Made by a program: the position numbers and the translations under genes. The notes under the pieces were generated by a model. The model ran no database searches. It was not told the DNA's origin and saw only the letters and a program-made list of their open reading frames with translations. From NCBI GenBank assembly GCA_021783595.1, contig JAJXTS010000001.1, forward strand, positions 34-64,033: a stretch of DNA of 64,000 nt, read 5' to 3'. Positions within the stretch are counted from its first letter, which is position 1. Each line of letters starts with the position of its first letter. Positions 59,088 through 64,000 of the stretch are shown one piece after another. This DNA comes from Chloroflexota bacterium (lineage in GTDB: Bacteria; Chloroflexota; Limnocylindria; Limnocylindrales; CSP1-4).

Positions 59088-59942
59088 ATGACCGCCGTCG
59101 CCCTCGCCCCCTCCGCCCGCCCCAAGGGCTCGGTCGCCAACCGGATCGACCGCGTCTTCGACCGCTGGTCGATGATCGTGTACACGCTCCTGGCCGTGAT
59201 CTACCTGCTGCTGCCGGTCGCGGTGATCATCCTGTTCAGCTTCAACGACCCGCCGGGCAAGACCAACGTCGTCTGGCACGGGTTCACGCTCAAGTACTGG
59301 CTCAACCCGTTCGGCCCCGACGGCCTCGGCTCGGCGGTCGTGCTCTCGATCACCATCGCCATCCTGTCCACGCTGATCGCGACGGTCCTCGGCACGCTCA
59401 TGGCGCTGGCCCTCGAGCGCTACCAGTTCCGCGGCAAGTCGTTCGCCAACTCGCTGATCTTCATCCCGATGGCCACGCCCGAGATCATCATGGGCGCCTC
59501 GCTGCTGACCATGTTCGTGTCCATCGGGCAGCCGCCGTTCTTCCCGCTCAACTTCGTCACCATCCTGATCGCGCACATCATGTTCAACATCAGCTACGTC
59601 GTCGTGACGGTCCGCGCGCGCCTGGCCGGCTTCCCCCGGCACCTCGAGGAGGCGGCGATGGACCTGTTCGCGAACGAGTGGCAGACGTTCTGGCGGGTGA
59701 CCTTCCCGCTGATCCTGCCCGGGATCGTGGCGGCCGCCCTGCTCGCCTTCAGCCTGTCCATCGACGACTTCGTCATCACGAACTTCACGTCCGGCATGTC
59801 GGTGACGTTCCCGATGTACATCTACGGCGCGGCCCGCATCGGCATCCCGGTGCAGGTCAACGTGATCGGCACGTCGATCTTCCTCATCGCCGTGGGCTCG
59901 GTCGCCCTGACCACGCTCGCTGGGCGCCGGAAGCGCGGCTGA
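59088..59942 (+). CDS. potC: polyamine ABC transporter permease (PotC-like)
   Basis: EEAAMDLFANEW is the EAA loop. Six TM helices. Confidence 0.8.
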   Translation: MTAVALAPSARPKGSVANRIDRVFDRWSMIVYTLLAVIYLLLPVAVIILFSFNDPPGKTNVVWHGFTLKYWLNPFGPDGLGSAVVLSITIAILSTLIATVLGTLMALALERYQFRGKSFANSLIFIPMATPEIIMGASLLTMFVSIGQPPFFPLNFVTILIAHIMFNISYVVVTVRARLAGFPRHLEEAAMDLFANEWQTFWRVTFPLILPGIVAAALLAFSLSIDDFVITNFTSGMSVTFPMYIYGAARIGIPVQVNVIGTSIFLIAVGSVALTTLAGRRKRG

Positions 59943-60889
59943 TGGGCCGCCTCGCCGAGGAGTCGCGCCCCGCGTCGCCGGCGCCCCTCGGCGCAGTCGG
60001 CATCGAGGAGGCGGCGCGGCTCGTCGGCGCGTCGCCGTCGGCGCTCCGGGCATGGGAGCGCCAGGGGCTGGTCCGCCCTGCCCGCACCGCGGGCGGGGCC
60101 CGCCGCTACGGCGGGGACGACCTGGAGCGGCTGCGGCGGATCCGTGTCTGGCGGACCGTGGACGGCCTCAACGCGGCCGCGATCCGCCGGCTCCTCGACG
60201 GGATCGGGCCCGAGGGCCTGCAGCGGGCGGCCGGTCCCCACGGCGCGATGGCCTCCGCGGACCCCGCGGCCGGGCTCCCGGTCTCCGGCGCCCGGACCTC
60301 GGACTTGGGGGCGACGGGGCCGGCTCGCGTTGTGGCGCCGTCGTCCGCCAGGCCCGCCGGGTCGCACCTGCGCGACCTCCGGCGCTCGTGCGGCTACACC
60401 CTGCGCGAGGCCGCGGAGCGGAGCGGGCTGTCCACCTCGTTCATCTCGTCGCTGGAGCGGGGGGTGACCGGCGCGTCGCTCGCCGCCCTGCGCCGGCTCG
60501 TCGAGGCGTACGGCCGCACGGTGGGCGACCTGGGCACCGCCGGCCGGCCGGTCGGGGCGAGGCTCGTTCGTCCCGCGGACCGCCGCGTCCTCGACCCCGG
60601 CCGCGGGATCCGCATCGAGGACCTGTTCGCCATCCCGACCATGCTCGAGTCGCAGCTGTTCGTCCTCGCGCCCGGCGCCTCGTCCGACGGCTACTACCGC
60701 CACGTCGGCGAGGAGTTCATGTTCGTCCTCGCCGGCTCGCTGGGAGTGTGGCTGGACGAGCCCGGCGAGTTCTACCGGCTCGAGGCGGGCGACGCCCTCA
60801 CGTTCCCGTCCACCGTGGACCACCGGATCCAGTCGCTCGGCGCGGTCGAGACCCGGGTGCTGTGGGTCAACACGCCGCCAACCTTCTGA
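59942..60889 (+). CDS. transcriptional regulator with MerR-type HTH + XRE-type HTH + C-terminal cupin (PuuR-like core)
   Basis: IEEAARLVGASPSALRAWERQGLVRP..YGGDDLERLRRIRV (MerR), LRDLRRSCGYTLREAAERSGLSTSFISSLERG (XRE), cupin beta strands at the C-terminus. ATG overlaps the potC stop by 1 nt. Confidence 0.7.
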   Translation: MGRLAEESRPASPAPLGAVGIEEAARLVGASPSALRAWERQGLVRPARTAGGARRYGGDDLERLRRIRVWRTVDGLNAAAIRRLLDGIGPEGLQRAAGPHGAMASADPAAGLPVSGARTSDLGATGPARVVAPSSARPAGSHLRDLRRSCGYTLREAAERSGLSTSFISSLERGVTGASLAALRRLVEAYGRTVGDLGTAGRPVGARLVRPADRRVLDPGRGIRIEDLFAIPTMLESQLFVLAPGASSDGYYRHVGEEFMFVLAGSLGVWLDEPGEFYRLEAGDALTFPSTVDHRIQSLGAVETRVLWVNTPPTF

Positions 60890-60956
60890 CCCCCGGCGAC
60901 CCCGGGCCGCCAGCCCGCCCCGTGCCGCAACCCCCTCGAGACAGGAGGCCCGCCCC

Positions 60957-62273
60957 ATGACGCAGTCCGCCCCATCCCCCGCCGCGCCGCTGCCCGACAC
61001 CTCGGTCGTGCCGCCTGTCTGGGGCCGCATCTTCAGCCTGGAGGTCGAGCGCGGCGAGGGCTCCTGGCTCGTCACCCGCGACGGCGAGCGCTACCTCGAC
61101 TACACCTGCGGCATCGGGGTGACCAACACCGGCCACGCCCACCCGCGGGTCGTCAAGGCAGTCCAGGACCAGGCCGCGAAACTGCTCCACGGGCAGCAGA
61201 ACATCGTCTACCACGAGCCTGGCCTGCGCCTCCACGACCGGCTCACCCGCGTGCTGCCGGGCGGCCCGTGGCAGGCGTTCCTCGCGAACTCGGGCGCGGA
61301 GGCCGTGGAGGCCGCGGTCAAGCTCGCGCGGATCGCCACCGGGCGGCCCGCGATCATCGCCTTCCGCTATTCGTTCCACGGCCGCACGGCGCAGACGATG
61401 GCGCTGACCGCGGCCAAGGACGTCTACCGCGGCGCCTTCGAGCCGCTCCCGGGCTCGATCTACCACGCCAGCTACCCGTACTGCTACCGCGCGGCCGGCG
61501 GCGCCCACGACCCGGCCGCGTGCACCTGCGACTGGGAGGCACAGCTGGACCTGCTGTTCCACCAGCTCGTCTACCCGGAGAAGGTCGCGGCCGTCATCAT
61601 CGAGCCGGTGATCGGCGAGGGCGGCTACATCGTGCCGCCGCCGGGGTTCCTCCCCCGCTTGCGCGAGATCACCCGCGATCACGGCATCCTGCTGATCGCC
61701 GACGAGGTCCAGACCGGCTTCGGCCGCACCGGCGAGCTGTTCGCCGTGCGCCACTGGGACGTGGAGCCCGACATCCTGGTCATGGCCAAGGGCATCGCGT
61801 CGGGACTGCCGCTGTCGGGGATCATCGCCCGGGCCGACATCATGGCCAGGTTCGCGCCCAGCTCCCACGGCGGGACGTACGGCGGCAACGCCGTCTCGTG
61901 CGCAGCGGCCCTGGCCACGCTCGACGTGATCGAGGAGGAGGGCCTGGTCGCCAACGCCCGCGAGCGCGGCGCCCAGTTCCTCGCCGGGCTGCGGGAGCTC
62001 AAGGCCAGCCACCCGGCCATCGGCGACGTCCGCGGCCTCGGCCTCATGCTGGCGCTGGAGTTCGTCAGGCCCGGCGAGGGCGACGGGCGCGTGCCGGACC
62101 CGGCCATGACCAAGCGCGTCCAGCAGGCGTGCTTCGACCGCAAGCTGATGATGCTCACCGCCGGCTCGTACGTGAACGTGGTGCGGATCATCCCGCCGCT
62201 CGTCACCACGGCCGGGGAGGTGGACCTGGCCCTGCGGATCATCGGCGAGGCGCTCGACGAGGCGGGTGCGTAG
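60957..62273 (+). CDS. class III (omega) aminotransferase, GABA/putrescine aminotransferase-like
   Basis: PLP site LLIADEVQTGFGRTGELFA...MAKGIASG with catalytic Lys. 438 aa. Confidence 0.85.
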   Translation: MTQSAPSPAAPLPDTSVVPPVWGRIFSLEVERGEGSWLVTRDGERYLDYTCGIGVTNTGHAHPRVVKAVQDQAAKLLHGQQNIVYHEPGLRLHDRLTRVLPGGPWQAFLANSGAEAVEAAVKLARIATGRPAIIAFRYSFHGRTAQTMALTAAKDVYRGAFEPLPGSIYHASYPYCYRAAGGAHDPAACTCDWEAQLDLLFHQLVYPEKVAAVIIEPVIGEGGYIVPPPGFLPRLREITRDHGILLIADEVQTGFGRTGELFAVRHWDVEPDILVMAKGIASGLPLSGIIARADIMARFAPSSHGGTYGGNAVSCAAALATLDVIEEEGLVANARERGAQFLAGLRELKASHPAIGDVRGLGLMLALEFVRPGEGDGRVPDPAMTKRVQQACFDRKLMMLTAGSYVNVVRIIPPLVTTAGEVDLALRIIGEALDEAGA

Positions 62274-62370
62274 GCTCGCCCGGCCCGGGGCCGGCTCCGC
62301 CGGGGGCTCGCCCAGCCCGAGGCGCGGGGCGGCCCGGGCTGGCTGGCCGAGACGTTCCCGCGCCTGACGC

Positions 62371-63210
62371 TCAGCCGGGCGTCCGGAGGCGCCGCAGGAC
62401 CTCGTCGTGAAGCAGGCCGTTGGTGGCCACGAATGACTCCGCGTCGATGCGCCGCTCGCCGAAGGCGTCGGTGACCCTCCCGCCAGCCTCCTCGATCACG
62501 ACCAGCGGGGCCGCGAGGTCCCACGGCTTCATCCCCACCTCGATCATCGCCTCGGCGGCCCCCTCGGCCAGCAGGGTGTAGCCCCAGAAGTCGCCGAAGC
62601 CGCGGTCGCGCCAGGCGCTGGCGATCAGCGCGTCGAAGCCGGGCATCACCCCGGAGCGGACGTTGTCGGTGCGCGAGCCGTAGAGGAGCTGGGCGTCGTC
62701 GAGGCTGCCGACGCGCGAGACCCGGACGGCCCGCTCCCCGTCGAGCCCGCGCGCCCAGGCGCCGAGGCCGCGCGCGGCCCACCAGCGCTCGCGGAGGGCC
62801 GGGGCGGAGATCATCCCCGCCTGCATCTCGCCGTCCACCTCGACCGCGAGCAGGGTGCCGAACAGCGGCACGCCTCGGATGAAGTTGTGTGTGCCGTCGA
62901 TCGGGTCGATGTACCAGCGCGTGGGCGCGTCCGCCGCCTCGTTGCCGTACTCCTCGCCGATCAGACCGTGGTCCGGGTAGCGCGCCAGGATCCGCGACCG
63001 AACCTCGCGCTCGATCCCCTGGTCGGCCACCGTCACGAACGTGCGGTCCGGCTTGCGCTCAAGGTCCAAGTCGCGCCGGAAGTGGGCCAGGGCCATCCCG
63101 TCCGCGACGTCGCACGCGTCGTGGGCGAAGGAGATCCACTCGAGCAGGGTGGCCCGGGGGACGCGGGCGCGGGCGGCGGACCAGGCGGGTCCGAAGGGCT
63201 GGTCGGTCAT
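62371..63210 (-). CDS. inositol-monophosphatase family protein (histidinol-phosphatase HisN-like)
   Basis: WYIDPIDGTHNFIRG is the DPIDGT metal-binding motif. Also GEEY and WDLAA. Confidence 0.75.
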   Translation of the reverse strand: MTDQPFGPAWSAARARVPRATLLEWISFAHDACDVADGMALAHFRRDLDLERKPDRTFVTVADQGIEREVRSRILARYPDHGLIGEEYGNEAADAPTRWYIDPIDGTHNFIRGVPLFGTLLAVEVDGEMQAGMISAPALRERWWAARGLGAWARGLDGERAVRVSRVGSLDDAQLLYGSRTDNVRSGVMPGFDALIASAWRDRGFGDFWGYTLLAEGAAEAMIEVGMKPWDLAAPLVVIEEAGGRVTDAFGERRIDAESFVATNGLLHDEVLRRLRTPG

Positions 63211-63289
63211 GGGCAGATGATGCCCGACGCCGCGCCAACCCGTCCCGGTGCCCGGGCCGAAGACTGGCGCGCGGGGAACGGGCGCGGCG

Positions 63290-64000
63290 TCAGCCGAGCG
63301 CGGCCCGGAGGGCGGCGGGGATCGGCCGGGAGACCGCGACGGGCTGCACGTGCTTCGCCACCACGTCCACGGTGCCGGCGACCTTGAGCTGGTCGAACAG
63401 GAACGCCATCTTGGCGCCCTGGTCCGCGAGGATCTCGTCCTTGGTCTCGAGGTCCCACAGCTGGCGCTTGAACGGACCGATGGCCTTCTTGCGCGTCGTG
63501 TACAGGAACTGGTCCTCGGTCTGGCCGTCCTTGCGCTCGTCGGCGGCGTTGACGCGGCACCAGGCGTAGATCTCGTCCATCAGCGCCTTGGGGAAGGCCG
63601 GGTGGTCGTAGAGGGCGTTCTGGAAGCCGGTCGCAAGGTGGATCTCGGCGGTCCCGTAGGTCGGGAAGTGATGGAACAGCTCGTCCGGCAGGGTGGAGGC
63701 GCCGTGCTGGACCGCGCCGGCCAGCCCGTAGGTGCGGGCGACCTCGCCCAGGGCACGGAGCACCTCGAAGTCCAGCTTGACCTCGGCCACGCCGCCGCCC
63801 GGCAGGGGGATGCCGCCGTGGCTGGTGCCGGTCTGGACGCTGACCTTGCTCACGCCCGTCGCGCCGGGCGCCAGCTGCTCCAGGACCCGGTTGTACCCGT
63901 CGAGGTACGCCCGCAGCTCCTCGACCGTGGAGTTGGCCTTGCCCACCTCGCCGATCTCGCCGCCGACGCTGACGGTCACGCCGTCGGCCTCGAGGCTGCG
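63290..64000 (-). CDS. fba: class II fructose-bisphosphate aldolase, N-terminus outside window
   Basis: HGGIPLPGGG and HGASTL zinc-binding regions. The frame is open to the window edge. Confidence 0.65.
   Translation of the reverse strand, partial: RSLEADGVTVSVGGEIGEVGKANSTVEELRAYLDGYNRVLEQLAPGATGVSKVSVQTGTSHGGIPLPGGGVAEVKLDFEVLRALGEVARTYGLAGAVQHGASTLPDELFHHFPTYGTAEIHLATGFQNALYDHPAFPKALMDEIYAWCRVNAADERKDGQTEDQFLYTTRKKAIGPFKRQLWDLETKDEILADQGAKMAFLFDQLKVAGTVDVVAKHVQPVAVSRPIPAALRAALG

Overview
The window is a 64-kb chromosomal segment, about 72% GC, that looks like an actinobacterial chromosome. The class-level guess rests on a FhaA-FhaB-RodA-PbpA cell-wall cluster, DUF4446, DUF3618, DUF4352, DUF58, tig-clpP-clpX synteny, and pervasive GTGA/ATGA start/stop overlaps. 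I support about 58 protein genes, one tRNA-Leu(UAG) and several non-coding elements. I found no transposase, integrase or CRISPR array.

Gene content:
- Housekeeping: murI, rarA, serA, valS, clpX, clpP, tig, cinA, apbC and a class II aldolase cut by the window edge.
- A 15-kb co-directional minus-strand run from 1 to 15309: 2-hydroxyacid dehydrogenase, zinc protease, MurI, a receiver-MinD fusion, methyltransferase, agmatinase, GNAT, M20 peptidase, an ABC-2 exporter, HAD hydrolase, a DNA methyltransferase and a 1063-aa UvrD-family helicase with an Fe-S Cas4/AddB-type nuclease.
- An envelope module: a DUF4352 lipoprotein, a 700-aa TPM/YgcG-like membrane protein with a coiled-coil and a Gly-rich tail, and PspA.
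- A VapBC toxin-antitoxin pair.
- A seven-gene tightly overlapped run FhaA-FhaB-RodA-PbpA-MoxR-DUF58-transglutaminase with no Ser/Thr kinase or PP2C phosphatase.
- A polyamine uptake and catabolism locus: potA-potD-potB-potC, a regulator with MerR and XRE HTH domains plus a cupin, and a class III aminotransferase.

Most worth a second look:
- A candidate T-box leader upstream of valS.
- A 750-bp repeat-dense intergenic region next to the tRNA.
- The PspA/TPM pairing.
- The DNA methyltransferase coupled to the helicase-nuclease.
- A probable non-canonical CTG start for a membrane protein paired with DUF3618.
- A sigma70-like promoter plus palindromic operator in front of the pot operon.

All calls come from reading the sequence and the six-frame translations. 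No database search was possible.
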